Assembly: GCF_006345805.1 (NCBI RefSeq) | Contig: NC_043010.1 | Coordinates: 20,398,001 to 20,462,000, forward strand | Length of the DNA: 64,000 nucleotides | Origin: Octopus sinensis | Taxonomy: Eukaryota | Direction of reading: 5' to 3' | Shown here: piece after piece, positions 25,003 through 37,799 of the stretch | Numbering within the stretch: the first letter of the stretch is position 1 | How the letters are laid out: the number at the start of each line of letters is the position of its first letter | Program-made: the position numbers and the translations under genes | The notes under the pieces: generated by a model | Seen by the model: the letters and a program-made list of their open reading frames with translations, nothing else | The model's database searches: none | Told to the model about the DNA's origin: nothing

Positions 25003-25950
25003 AAGGGCCTCTCCCTCACAGTGAAAGGCAAATTGTATGATGCCTGTATGCAAACAGTCATGCTACACAGCAGTGAAGCATAGGTTGTGGTTGCTGAGGA
25101 CATGTGTAGTCTTGAAAGAAATGAAGCTAGTATGCTTTGCTTGATGTGCAATCTCAGTATGCGTGCATGACAGAGTGTAAGTGTCTTGAGAGAAAAGTTA
25201 GGCATAAGAGGTATCGGATGTGGTGTTCAAGAGAGACGACTGCATTGGTATGGTCATCTGATGTGCATGGATGAGGACAGCTGTGTGAAGAAGTGCCGAT
25301 CTCTACCAGTGCTAGAAAGTCATGGAAGAGGGACACACAGGAAGACATGGGATGAAGTGCTGCAGCATGATCTCCAAACGCTGGGCCTCATGGAAGCAAT
25401 GATGAGTGACCGAGACATTTCGTGATATGCCATGCTTGTGTAAACCTGTCAAACCAAGTGAAATCATGGTTATGGCCGTTTTTGGTGTCACGTTACAAGC
25501 ACCAGTGCCAGTGGCATGTGAAAAGCACCCTTCAGGTGTCGGACCTCATGGAGATAAAGGGGCCAGTGCTGCTGTTGTATAACTAGCCCCCGTGCCAGTG
25601 CCACATAAAAGGCACCTTTCGAGCAGTGGGCTTCACAGTGGCAATGGCAAATGACCGAGACCTATGGCAATATGTGGTGCTTGAGAAGGCAGTTCCATCA
25701 AGCCAAGCGAAACCATAGTCATGGCAGATACCGGTGTCACGCGAATGGCACCCATACAGGTGGCATGTAAAAGCATCCATTACACTTTCAGAGTGGTTGG
25801 CGTTAAGAAGGGCATCCAGCTTTAGAAAACAATGCCAAATCAGACTGTGATCAGTTGTGGCCCCCTCAGGTTACCAGCCCTGGTCAAACTGTCCAACCCA
25901 TGCCTGCCAGCATGGACAATGGACATTAAATAATGATGATGATGATGATG
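25003..25950 (+). mobile_element. 5'-truncated RTE-clade LINE (post-RT region and 3' tail)
   Basis: [64 protein letters not shown], with stops, followed by the family C tail. Confidence 0.88.
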
Positions 25951-26433
25951 ATTTATATATATACATACATACATATGTATGTATGTATGTATATAACACA
26001 TGCTAGCATGGAAAGCGGACTTTAAACGATGATGATGATATATATATATATACTTGTTTCAGTCATTTGACTGTGGCCATGCCAGAGCACTGCGTTTAGT
26101 CGAGCAAATCGACCCCAGGACTTATTCTTTGTAAGCCTAGTACTTATTCTATCGGCCTCTTTTGCTGAACCGCTAAGTGATGTGGACGTAAACACACCAG
26201 CATCGGTTGTCAAGCAATGTTGGGTGGGGGGGCAAACACAGACACACAAACATACACACACACATATATACGACGGGCTTCTTTCAGTTTCTGTCTACCA
26301 AATCCACTCACAAGGCTTTGGTCGGCCTGAGGCTATAATAGAAGACACTTGCCCAAGGTGCCATGCAGTGAGACTGAACCCGGAACCATGTGGTTGGTAA
26401 GCAAGCTACTTACCACACAACCACTCCTACTCC

Positions 26434-26483
<50 letters not shown>

Positions 26484-28230
26484 CATTATTATTATTATTA
26501 TTATTATTAACAGACATAGCAAAAGAAGTGCCAATGTCTAACTGCAGGGGGAGCCTGTGGAAGGAAGATGTGGGACAAGGTTGTGGAATATGATGTTGAG
26601 TTTTTTGATGGATGCTGAGTCTGATGGAGGTGATGACAAGTGACTGGGACCTTTGCGGGATTTGCTGTGCTTGCAAAAGACATGTCAAGCTACGTGAAAT
26701 TGTAGTCATGGCCAGTGTTGGTGACATGTAAAGGCACCCGTGCCAGTGGCACATAAAAAGGCACCTGTGCCAGTGACACATAAAAAGGCAGCCGTGCTAG
26801 TGACATGTAAAAGACACACCCAATATACTCTGTGGAATGGTTGGCTTAGGAAGGGCACCAAGTTATGGAAACCCAGCCAAAACAGACAGGAGCCTGGTGC
26901 AGCTGTCTGGCTTACCAGCTCCAGTCAAACTGTCGGACCCATGTCAACGTGGAAAGCAGACACTAAAGGATGATGGTGATGATGATGATGATGATGATGA
27001 TGATGACGACGATGATGATGGTGGTGTTATGAGACAATTTTCATTATAAAAAAATTCCATACATGATCTCCCATAGAGAAAAAATGGGCCCAGCACTTTC
27101 TTATCTTTTTTCCTGACCTACTTCACTCCCTCCCTCCCTCTCCACCACCATTTTTATTGTGAGATACATGATTCACTTGCTTGGCACTCACTATCCCTCC
27201 TCCTCTTCCTCCTCCTTGTAATGTATAGGAGAATTTCCTCTCGCGATCCTATACTTTTATGTGCAAGCATGGCTGTGTGGTAAGAAGCTTGTTTCTCAGC
27301 CACATAGTTCCAGGTTCAGTTTTGCTGTGTGGCCCCTTGAGCAAATGTCTTCTATTATATAACCTTGGACCGACCAAAGTCTTGTGATGGATTTGGTAGA
27401 TGGAAACTGAAAGAAGCTTGTTGTATGTATATATATGTATGTGTGTCTGTGTGTGTGTATGAGTGTCTATGTGTCTGTGTTTGTCACCTGCCACTGCTCA
27501 ACAACTGGTGTTGGTGTGTTTACCTCCCCCTAACCTAGCGGTTCAGTAAAAGATACTGACAGAATGAATACCAGGCTTAAGAAAATCACTGGAGTTGATT
27601 CATTCAGCAAAAAAATCTTTGAAGCAGTGTCCCAGCATGGCCACAGTCTAATGACTGAAACATTTAAAAGATGAAAGATGCATGTGTGTGTGTGTGTGTG
27701 TGTGTATGTGTGTGTGTGTGTGTGTGAGTGTTTGTGTGTGAGTGTGTGTGTTTGTGTCTGTGTGAGTGTGTGTGTTTGTGTGTGTGTGTTTGTGTGTGTG
27801 TATGTATGTTAGTGCCACACTAATGTATAAAACATATATATTATGTACCTTACCGAGTTTTGTGTACAATGGTGTTAAAAACAGAGTGCTACAGAAACAA
27901 TTGTAACGGGTCCTTAAAGGTGTGTTAAACTGTTTTCTTGTTTGGATTATATTTTACGTTTTGCTAGATCTACACATTGGATACACCAGTTGGTACCTAG
28001 GTTTTCTACACCTGAAGAATTTCATTCTTACTTTAGACTATAATTCAATGGTGATGACAGGTTAGAGCTCAAGCTGAGTGCTGCATTGGAAATACTTTGA
28101 TTTTCTACCTGTTCTGAACCATCATATATGTATATCTATGATATTACATATATATACATATGTATATATACATATATATATATACATATATACATATATA
28201 TATACACATATATACATATATTATATATAC

Positions 28231-28355
<125 letters not shown>

Positions 28356-28445
28356 CACATATAATATAATATATACACATATATATATACACATATATAT
28401 ATATATATATATACACATATATATATATATATATATATACAACAT

Positions 28446-28479
<34 letters not shown>

Positions 28480-28644
28480 AATATATATATATATATATGT
28501 ATGTATATAATATAAATAAATAATTACAAGATAAGGGCAAAAGAAAAATTCTAATGCCAAATATGCCTAAACAAAAATTGTCAATAACCATTATAATTTA
28601 TGTGTCTCGAAACAAACCGATAGAAATTTCTAAAAAATTCATTA

Positions 28645-28704
28645 TTACAGTATTGGTCCAATTTCGGAGTTAATTCATAAGAATTTTCTCCTCTTCAGCA
28701 GCAA
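28645..28704 (-). ncRNA. Type-I hammerhead ribozyme motif (left arm)
   Basis: UUGCUG-CUGAAGA-GGAG-AA-AAUUC(UUAU)GAAUU-AA-CUCC-GAAA-UUG(GAC)CAA-UA-CUGUAA. Intact core and stem II, AUA site, one U-U mismatch in stem I. Confidence 0.78.
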
Positions 28705-28798
28705 ATACGCGAGATATTGGGGTACTTAGGTCTGCTCAGGACTTAGTGCTTGCTTTTTCCATGGGTATGAGTAAGTATTTCACTTATATCTCGCGTAT

Positions 28799-28858
28799 TT
28801 GCTGCTGAAGAGGAGAAAATTCTTATGAATTAACTACGAAATTGGACCAATACGGTAA
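28799..28858 (+). ncRNA. Type-I hammerhead ribozyme motif (right arm)
   Basis: Same fold, with CUAC (one stem II mismatch) and CGGUAA (6-bp stem I with two G-U pairs). Predicted cut after 28852. Confidence 0.75.
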
Positions 28859-29066
28859 TAACGAATTTTTTAGAAATTTCTATCGGTTTGTTTCGAGACA
28901 CATAAATTATAATGGTTATTGACAATTTTTGTTTAGGCATATTTGACATTAGAATTTTTCTTTTGCCCTTATCTTGTAAATTATATATAAAGTTAACCTT
29001 TAAAGGTATTTTTTGATATGCTGGCCATTGATGAAATTTTTTTCCCGAAAAAAATTTTATCCTACA

Positions 29067-29103
<37 letters not shown>

Positions 29104-29347
29104 GGTGTCAATACATTACGGCTGTTTCAAGCAACACCTTTAAGTGATTAATGAAAACATTACATCATTTGAAATGAACGTTTCTCATCAGAACATAACC
29201 ATTTCCTTAATACATTCACATCAATAATGGAGTTCAAAATATTTGCATTGTTTCAGTTGTTCTATCTTTAACAAGGTGCCTCAGTTTAAGTACCTAACTA
29301 AACAGAACCTTAATTATATTTTATATACATACATATGTATATATCTA

Positions 29348-29379
<32 letters not shown>

Positions 29380-29793
29380 GGTCTATCTATCTATACATAC
29401 ATACATACATATATATATAAAAACGAAATGTTATATACATATATATATATATAAGTATGTATTTATATACAAGTGTGCATAAGTATGTGTGCATGCATAT
29501 ATATATGTGTATATAATATAAATGTATACCTGTCTATCAATTTATCTACCTACCTACCTACCTGCCAATCCAACCATCCATCCATCTATGGATTGTTGAC
29601 AGATCAGCTCCAAGTAAGTTGGCTCTATTTCTATAGGAAAATCTGTTAGCTGTTAAATATTTTTTGTCAAAGACGTGTTTAACATCTCCTTTAACCTAAG
29701 TAAATCTTTTAATATGAAATTCCCCTGCTGTGGATGAATTTCCAAAATTTCCAAAATTTTCTTTGGTTTTCTTTTGTCATCTTCTAAACTAAA

Positions 29794-31290
29794 ATGGCTA
29801 AATCAAACCAGGAAGCCACTCTCATTGACTTCCAGCCTCTACCAGAGCCAGAGGTGAGGGAGGCTGAAAAGAACGTCATTTTGCTTGAATGCACAGACAA
29901 GAACATGAGTCTGATCGTAGAAGATATAAACAAAGTAAAGACATTTACTACTACAAACACTGCCTCCACCATCACCACCATCATCGATTACCGTCTGACC
30001 GGCGTGCCTTGTCTCGACCCTACCATCACCAAGCTGGAATGCATACTTTCTGCTTTTTGTGGAAGGGAAGAATTCCAATGGTTAGGCAATCCATTTGCTG
30101 TCAACACCTGCTAAATGGAGGGCTGGGCATGCCGTGGTTGATGATGTGCAGACATGCACTGAGATTGACATCTCTGGCGCATCATAGATGATGGTCAACA
30201 GGTGTGGTTGTTGTATGTGTGGCATGCTTTCCTGCAGCTCGTCTCTTCGGCTGAACTGCAGTCATGGATCAAACAGAGACCGAGGCTAGATGAATGGCAC
30301 CGTGAGTGCTGCCTTGCTCTCAAGCAACTCTGCCATCTGGGAACAAATTTGTATGACTTCAATTCCACGAAGGCATTCTATAGAGGATTAGTGGAGGGGA
30401 GGTGCGATGATGTTCTTGGTGAGAATCTGGGCATCGATGAGGAACACCTGACCTGCCTGTTCAGGACAACGTTCAGGCCGGGACCTATGGACAATCACTG
30501 GAAATCCCTGGCCTGGCAGTGCTATTGGGAAGCATTGCCTGTTTGGGATAAGCTCTACAGGCACGGTTTGAGATACACCAGACTGACTGGCCTGAGATGC
30601 AGTCACAGTGACGAAAAAACCATTCTGCATGCACTCATGCAGTGTCCAACCATTTCGACCTGTGGGCTTATGCCAAACAGCTGCTGTCATGTGTGGGATG
30701 AGTTTGCTTGTTGGCCGAGTCTATCATGAAATTTTCTCTGCCACCTTCCCTTAACCGGGAAGGCAAGGCAGTGTTCATTGTATTGGTGGACATGGTGAAA
30801 GAATGTGTGTGGTGGACTCAAGAGAAAGGTTTAGAAACAAACACTTTCCTCTCTGGCCAATTGCTCATCAACTTTTTCAAGTACAACTTGAAAAGGAAGG
30901 TGAGAATAGAGATACAGGTTTTGTCTCATGAAAGTTTCTATAAAAGGTGGGTGAATGTAGCAAAGATGGTGCATGCGAGTGATGAAACCACTTTGAGCAT
31001 GATCCTGTTAATCGAAACAAGAGAGGGAGCACTTTGCTCTGATGTGATTTTTCCCTCTCTGCCTGATGTTACCGTGGTCTTTTCATAGGCTTTTCTTTCC
31101 ACAGATAAACCTAATCTGTTTTTTACATTTTTGCTCTGTTCTATGATACACGATCCCTTTTGATTATTTTTTTTTACACAATCTTTTTTGATCAGAATCA
31201 TTTCCTCCTTTTTTTTTCTACTTTCTCCTTTTTTGTCTTTTGAAAAGAAAAGGTCTACATTGTATTGGCCCTGTGTGGTTAATAAATAAA
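29794..31290 (+). mobile_element. L1/Tx1-clade LINE remnant: 3' ORF2 from ~29975, preceded in frame by a putative ORF1-like N-terminus
   Basis: IIDYRLTGVPCLDPTITKLECILS..GGLGMPWLMMCRHALRL..KSLAWQCYWEALPV..(C)RCSHSDEKTILHALMQC (degenerate CCHC)..KEC VWWT..FFKYNLKRKVRIE. T-rich 3' UTR and AATAAATAAA at 31281-31290. Confidence 0.8.
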
Positions 31291-31295
31291 GGAAG

Positions 31296-31347
<52 letters not shown>

Positions 31348-32429
31348 TTCAGCTGTCTTCCTTGCCCTGCGCAGCCCTTAATGGCCAATTGTAAGTCACA
31401 AGGTAACTTCACGGGTGGTGGTGCCTTGAAAAGAGTCTCCAGTAAATTCTGTAGAGTGATTGGAACAAAGAAAGGCATCTAGCCTAAGAAACCATGCCGA
31501 AACTGAGGCATTGGCACAAGACAAGATCCTCCAATCCACCGGATCTCCTTGAACTGTCCAACACATGTTAGTACAGCAAATGCACATCAGATGATGATGA
31601 TGGTGGTGGTGGTGACGATGATGATGATCCTGTGAATTAATAACCTCTTGCAGTGTTAGTTAATTCTAAATTCCTAACAGAGTATTAATTAGTGTAATTA
31701 GAGTAATTAAATTAGAGCGAGGTGTATGTGTGTGTGTGTTTATAGTCGGAGATCAATAAGTGAGAAAGGCAATGGAAAGGAACAATGGCAAATGGAATCT
31801 CTTCAGAGAAGTTCTCATTGCATACCATTGCATGGACACAAAGTCTTCAGTGGAGCCTTTAATCACGCCCGATAAGTTAGGGGCCAAAACGTTATTATCA
31901 CTGCCATCATCATCATCATCGTTGTCTTTATCACTGCCATCCTCCTCCCCACTCCTCCTCTCCCTCCACCCCTCCTCCTCTCCCCCACCCCTCCTCCTCC
32001 TCCTCATCATCAACAGCAGCAGTAGCAGCACCACCACCACCACCATCATCATATTCCATTAATTGTTTCAGTAGTTATTGTTTAGCCCTAGGCCGTCAGC
32101 TCTGATTAAGAGCTGACAATCAGAGGCCATGGCCTTCCAGCTGTGACTAACCTGAGAAGGTATAATTGGAGAGGATATGGCTGCTATTTATAGCAAATCA
32201 GGTGAAACAAATGGAGTCTCCCTCATTGCATAAGAATGAAGTGAAGGGACTTATAGAAATTTGTGCACACAAAGTCACTTATGTACATACCAACATACAT
32301 ACATGCATATACATACTTATCAAAGTAGAACTTGATTTCCAGTGAAACCATTGCTTGATCTACCTTTTAAACATGAATAGCAATGATATGATTTCATTCT
32401 CGTGAGGTCTTAGTTATTGCTTCCATGAA

Positions 32430-33680
32430 GCCCAACATTTGAAAGGAGCTTTTCATGTGCCACCAGCATCAGCCATTTTGCTCCCATGAGACCCAATGCT
32501 CGAACGGTGCTCTTTATGTGCCACCAGCATGGACGCCAGTTACGTGACACCAACATCAGACACGACTATGATTTCACTTGGCTTGATGGGTCTTCTCAAG
32601 CACAGCATATCACCAAAGGTCTCAGTTCACTAGTCATTGCCTCTGTGAGGCCCAAAGTTTGAAGATCCATCTCATTTCATGTCTTTCTGGGTCTACCTCT
32701 GTTACAGGTTCCCTCCACAATTAGAGATCAGTACTTCTTTACACAGCTGTCCTCGTCCATACACATCACATGACCATACCAGTGCAGTCGTTTCTCTTGC
32801 ACACCACATCTGATGCCTCTTATGCCCAACTTTTCTCTCAAGATATTTACACTCTGTTGAACATGCACACTGACATTGCACATCCAGCGAAGTATACTGG
32901 CTTCATTTCTTTCAAGCCTATGCCTGTTACACCCCATGTTTCACTGCTGTGAAGTCATACAGTCTACCTTTCACTCTGAGAGAGAGGCCCTTTGTTGCCA
33001 GCTGAGGTAGGAGCTCTCTGAACTTTGCCCAGCCTAGTTTTATTCTCACAGCTAAGCTCTCAGAGCATCCACTGCCACTACTAACTTAGTTACCTAGATA
33101 ACGGAAGCTATCTACTACCTCTAGCTTAACTTGCTGGTAGTTGATGGAGTCTATTTTCTGTACATTTTTGTTGTTTATTGTACCTGTGCACCTCCACAAA
33201 CAAAAGCTATTTTCCCTGCTAACTTTCCTCTGATATTGCTGCACCTCTTATGTGTCTGTAGCTTACATTGGGTACATCTTATGGAGTTTCTACCTATGGC
33301 TTTTCTACAGTTTGAACAGGGCCATCTACCTGAAGGGATTTGTGATTTGTCTGCCCTCCTACTTACCAAGACTTTGGTTTTTGCCAGGTTAACTTGAAGG
33401 CCCTTCCATTCTAGACCTTGCTTCCATACCTGAAGCTTCTTCTCTAGTTCTGGTAGTGACTCAGCTATAAGAACAAGGTCATCAGAATAGAGGAGCTCCC
33501 AGGGGCAGCCTGTCTGAAATTCCTCTGTTATTACCTGGAAGACTATGATAAACAAGATGGGGTTGAGGACTGATCCTTGTACCTACTTGTACCCTGGATT
33601 TTTTGTTGTACTGGTTGCCAACCCTCACCTTACTGGTAGTGTCCCCTGTACATGGCTTGTAAAGCTCCCACCAAGCCATG
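32430..33680 (-). mobile_element. RTE-clade LINE remnant (RT C-half, Cys-rich insert, post-RT region, tail)
   Basis: KVRVGN..(SVLSP)..FIIVFQVITEEFQTGCPWELLYSDDLVLIAESL..GLQVNLAKTKV..CSNC..CTQC..HKRC, then RNEASILRWMC..RLHWYGHV. Confidence 0.9.
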
Positions 33681-34726
33681 CAACTGTTATGCATGAGAAT
33701 ACAAACATAAAACAAAGCATACAAATCTACACATATATATATAAAAACACCCTCTTGATGTTGAAATTCCAATGAAGGAGCCTTGGGTCTAGGTTAGAAA
33801 CCAGTTCTTTCTCTATTGAAATTAAACTGAACAAGAGCACTCAGAGAGTGCAAAACTCCACCAAGGCAACACCAATGTCCTCTCAATGATTAGCCAGAGA
33901 AGATTTTTAAAATGAGAATATCTGAAATAAACTCAACTGCTCTCACAAACGGGAATACTAATAATGAACCTGACCGCTCTCAAAAATTAAGTAAAAAAGC
34001 AGGAAAAATAATCCAGAATCCTTGTCCAAAACCAGATCAATCCCAACATTTAATCAGTTCATGCCAGTCATGAAGCCAAACATCCCTGAAAGTTTCATCC
34101 GAATCCATCCAGCAATTCTTGAGAAATCTTGTTCAAGGACAAACAAACACAACTGAAAAACAATACCTCTGCCTTTGCTAAGAAGGAGATAATAATGACA
34201 CACACATATACATGGACACATACACGTATATACATGAACATGCATACACATAGAGACTTACATACATTCATAAATATGTACGTAGTGGAAGTTAGCACGT
34301 GACTAAGTAAAACCACTTCCTAAATTCTGAGAGTCTGTGCAAAGTTTCCAAGAATCGCAGAAGTTCCTGAGCCTGAATTTGTTTTGAATAGATGAAGTGA
34401 TGGACAGCAGGGACATCGTTTTTCAGTGCAATCAACTTTAAAACCAGTGACAAAACAAAAGTTGAGATGACCAGAAACCAACTGCACTTTGGATTTTTAA
34501 TACACATTTTCCTTCTCCTGGAATGAAAACTCAGCGTCCTTCACTCCTAGTTGTTCACTTGCTACTGTCCCAGAGTACAACAGGGAGCAGCAGTGGCTAA
34601 GAGATGGGTTGACACTTACTCAAAAACCTGGAACTCCAGTACCAAGGCCCCACTACACACATACAAATACATGTACACACATGCAAGCATATATATCTAT
34701 CTTTGTGTGTGTGTATATACATACAT

Positions 34727-34749
34727 ACATATATATATACATATATATA

Positions 34750-34785
<36 letters not shown>

Positions 34786-34870
34786 GTATATATGTGTGTG
34801 TATATATATGTGTATATATATATAAATGTATATATATGTATATATATATATGTGTATATATATATATATA

Positions 34871-34910
<40 letters not shown>

Positions 34911-34954
34911 TATATATATATATATATATGTGCATATATATATATATATATATA

Positions 34955-35019
<65 letters not shown>

Positions 35020-35068
35020 GTGCATATATATATATATAATATATGCATATATATATATATATATAATA

Positions 35069-35108
<40 letters not shown>

Positions 35109-35177
35109 TATATATATATATATATAATATATATATATGTGCATATATATATATATATGTATATATATATAGGAAGA

Positions 35178-35220
<43 letters not shown>

Positions 35221-35230
35221 ATATATATAT
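34727..35230. repeat. (TA)n array with periodic TG(TG)CA interruptions
   Basis: Direct inspection. Confidence 0.9.
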
Positions 35231-35859
35231 TTATGCTTTCGGTGCACACACTTAGTAGTAGGAGAGAGAAAGGCAAAAAGAGAGAGAAAGAGAGTAAGAG
35301 AGAGAGAAAAAGAGACAGAGTGAGTGAGTGAGTGAGTGAGTGAGTGAGTGAGAGAGAGAGATGGTGATTATTGTTTGCTCCAATATCGAGAGTAACTGAT
35401 TAGAATCAGAACAGATATGATTGCCAAAGAAAGGCCTGCTGCTAGTGGCCTTGGGGGAATTAAATGTGTGTTATCCACTGAGAGAGAGAGAGAGAGGAAG
35501 AGAGAGAGGGAGAGAGAGGGGAAGAGAGAGAGAGAGAGAAATATCCGAAGGCAATGAAGCGTTAGATGGAAGCCAAGCCATTGTTAGTGGTCAGTCTACT
35601 AAATCATTGCCAAGACAAGTGATGTGGTAAATAGTTTTGGCTATTGCCAGAAGACAACCCACCCACGCCCTCTCCCACTCTCCCTCTCCCTCTAGGCATC
35701 CCACCCCCTCACCCACGTCACACCTCACTTCCATGGTCCCATCCCATCCCATCCTGTTCCTGCCACTTCACAGGGCTAACTTCTGATTAGTCAAACAGTA
35801 TCAGCTGATTGCAGCAGCAGCAGCAGCAACCCTTATAGGAACAAGTACAACAACAACTG

Positions 35860-36150
35860 CATCTACAGTAACAAAACCACCGCCGCCAACACCACCACCA
35901 CCACCACCACCACCGCCACCACCACCACCACCGCCACCACAACCGCCAACATGACCACCACCACTGCCAACATCACCACCACCACCACCAACATCACCAC
36001 CACCACCACCACCAACATCACCACCACCATCACCAACACCACCGCCGCTGCCGCCTTCACCATCAGCAACAACTATGGGAGCATGTATGACCACTGTGAC
36101 TGCAGCCACAGCAACAGAACCACTAGCACTGCTACTACAATAACAACAGC
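35860..36150. repeat. Degenerate (ACC)n/(CAG)n low-complexity tract
   Basis: Direct inspection. Confidence 0.85.
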
Positions 36151-36572
36151 AACTGTACAGTGATAGAAACAGCAGCATCTAACATCTACCACCACCTCCA
36201 CCAGCAGCATTTATATGGACATCAGTTAACTAGTACTGCTGCCGGTGCTGTTGGTCAGCTCTGTTTAAAGAGACTTGTTAATAATGTAAACAGCAGAGAA
36301 CTTGATGGAGCAGAACAATTCTGTGGTGCAATTTTTGGTAAATAATCTTGCATTGATTTGTTCTTGGTGTAAAAACTTACCATTTCTATTGGAAGACTTT
36401 ATTGGAAGTGAAATGGATGAGAATTCCTGTGAGTAATCTGGATAATCAGATTATTTTAATTCTCTGGTATATCCATGGTGTGTCAAGGACGCAGAGAATA
36501 GAGCTGAGGAAGGGGCAGAGCCCATGAGGACACTTGTGATCCTTTAAAAACTGGTGAGACTGAGGTGGTTAA

Positions 36573-36793
36573 TCCCTTATAGCGTTCAGATGACTTTACC
36601 AAATGTAATGCTTATTTATTCATTGTTTTGAATTTAATCTTGCATTATCTTGTAGCTTTGAGATTTCAATGATGAGATTGTTTATTTCTAGAATGGCATT
36701 GTAGGGCAGGTGTGAGAGGCTGGATCTGGCCAGTTTGAATATAAAACAGGTAGAATATTCGGGCCAGATATGGCTGGTTTACATGCTAAAAGG
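36573..36793. mobile_element. piggyBac-like MITE, ~220 bp; second copy in opposite orientation at 55569-55780
   Basis: TTAA/CTAA flanks, CCCTT(A)TAGC..GCTAAAAGG ends. The interior matches the reverse complement of 55569-55780, which is flanked by TTAA and TTGA. Confidence 0.65.
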
Positions 36794-37799
36794 CTAAAGA
36801 TCCACCGAAACTATTGCAAGTCAGTGCCTTGTAGAAAAGAAGCAGGTTTCAGAAGATCAATGTTCTGGGGAAAAGAATTGGTCTTAGAAGGTTTGGGAGA
36901 GGGAAGAAGGTAGGTTAGACATAGCGTGGGTGACAAGAAATGGGAAGGCATGTGAGCTGGGGGTACCAGAATGATGGAATTATAAGACCAACTAGCACTA
37001 ATGAGCAGAGAGCATTAACAGAAGTGATAGAAGAACAGAGAGATAGATAGATAGAAAGATAGATAGATAGATAGAGGGAGTGAGAGAGAGAAAGAGCGAG
37101 AGGGAGGGGAGATAATAGTTTTGTGGGCCAGTGGCTGGAGTGTGTCTGTTAGTATGATGGAATGCCAATCAGCATATTGGCCAGTCTCTGGATGTAGTCC
37201 AAGATGCACAAGTTCTTAGTTTTTCATAGATTTCATTCAGAAATCAATTTGGATTTCATTGACCCGTGTTAGAATAATCATCATCATCATTTAACGTCCA
37301 ATTTCCATGCTATTTCCATGCGATTTCCATTGGACGAATGACTGAGGGCTGGCGAACCAGATGACTGCACCAGGCTTCAGTTTTGATCTGGCAGAGTTTC
37401 TACAGCTGGATGCCCTTCCTAACACCAACCACTCTGAGAGTGTAGTGGGTGCTTTTATGTGCCACCGGCAAGGGGCCAGTCAGGCGGTACTGGCAACGAC
37501 CTCGCTCAAATCTTTTACACATGTCACTGGCACATGTGCCAGTAAGGCGATGCTGGTAACGATTATGCTCGAATGGTGTCTTTTATGGCAACAATCACGC
37601 TCGGATGGTACTCTTAATACCCTACTAGCATGGAGCTTGAGTGCTAGTAAGGCGATGCTGGTAACGATCACGCTCGAATGGTGCCTTTTAAGTGCCACTG
37701 GCACGGAAGCCGGTTAGCTGCTCTGTCAATGATGACACTCGTATGGTGCTCTTTGCACCCCGCTAGCACGGACACCAGTCATCGAATTTGATTAATGTA

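Larger units (their letters stand above)
28524..28979. repeat. Fold-back element: 194-bp inverted arms and 68-bp spacer
   Basis: 28524-28717 is the reverse complement of 28786-28979 with only a few mismatches. Confidence 0.95.

Noticed and set aside
29177-29191. Minus-strand CUGAUGA-GAAACGUU
   Set aside because: No stem II and no stem I pairing.
34551-35323. Long ORFs of 160-207 aa (also 13021-13508, 14627-15006, 24622-25083, 28078-28515, 42458-42853, 52054-52300)
   Set aside because: They are translations of (TA)n, (GAA)n, (CTAT)n or (TAA)n microsatellites.
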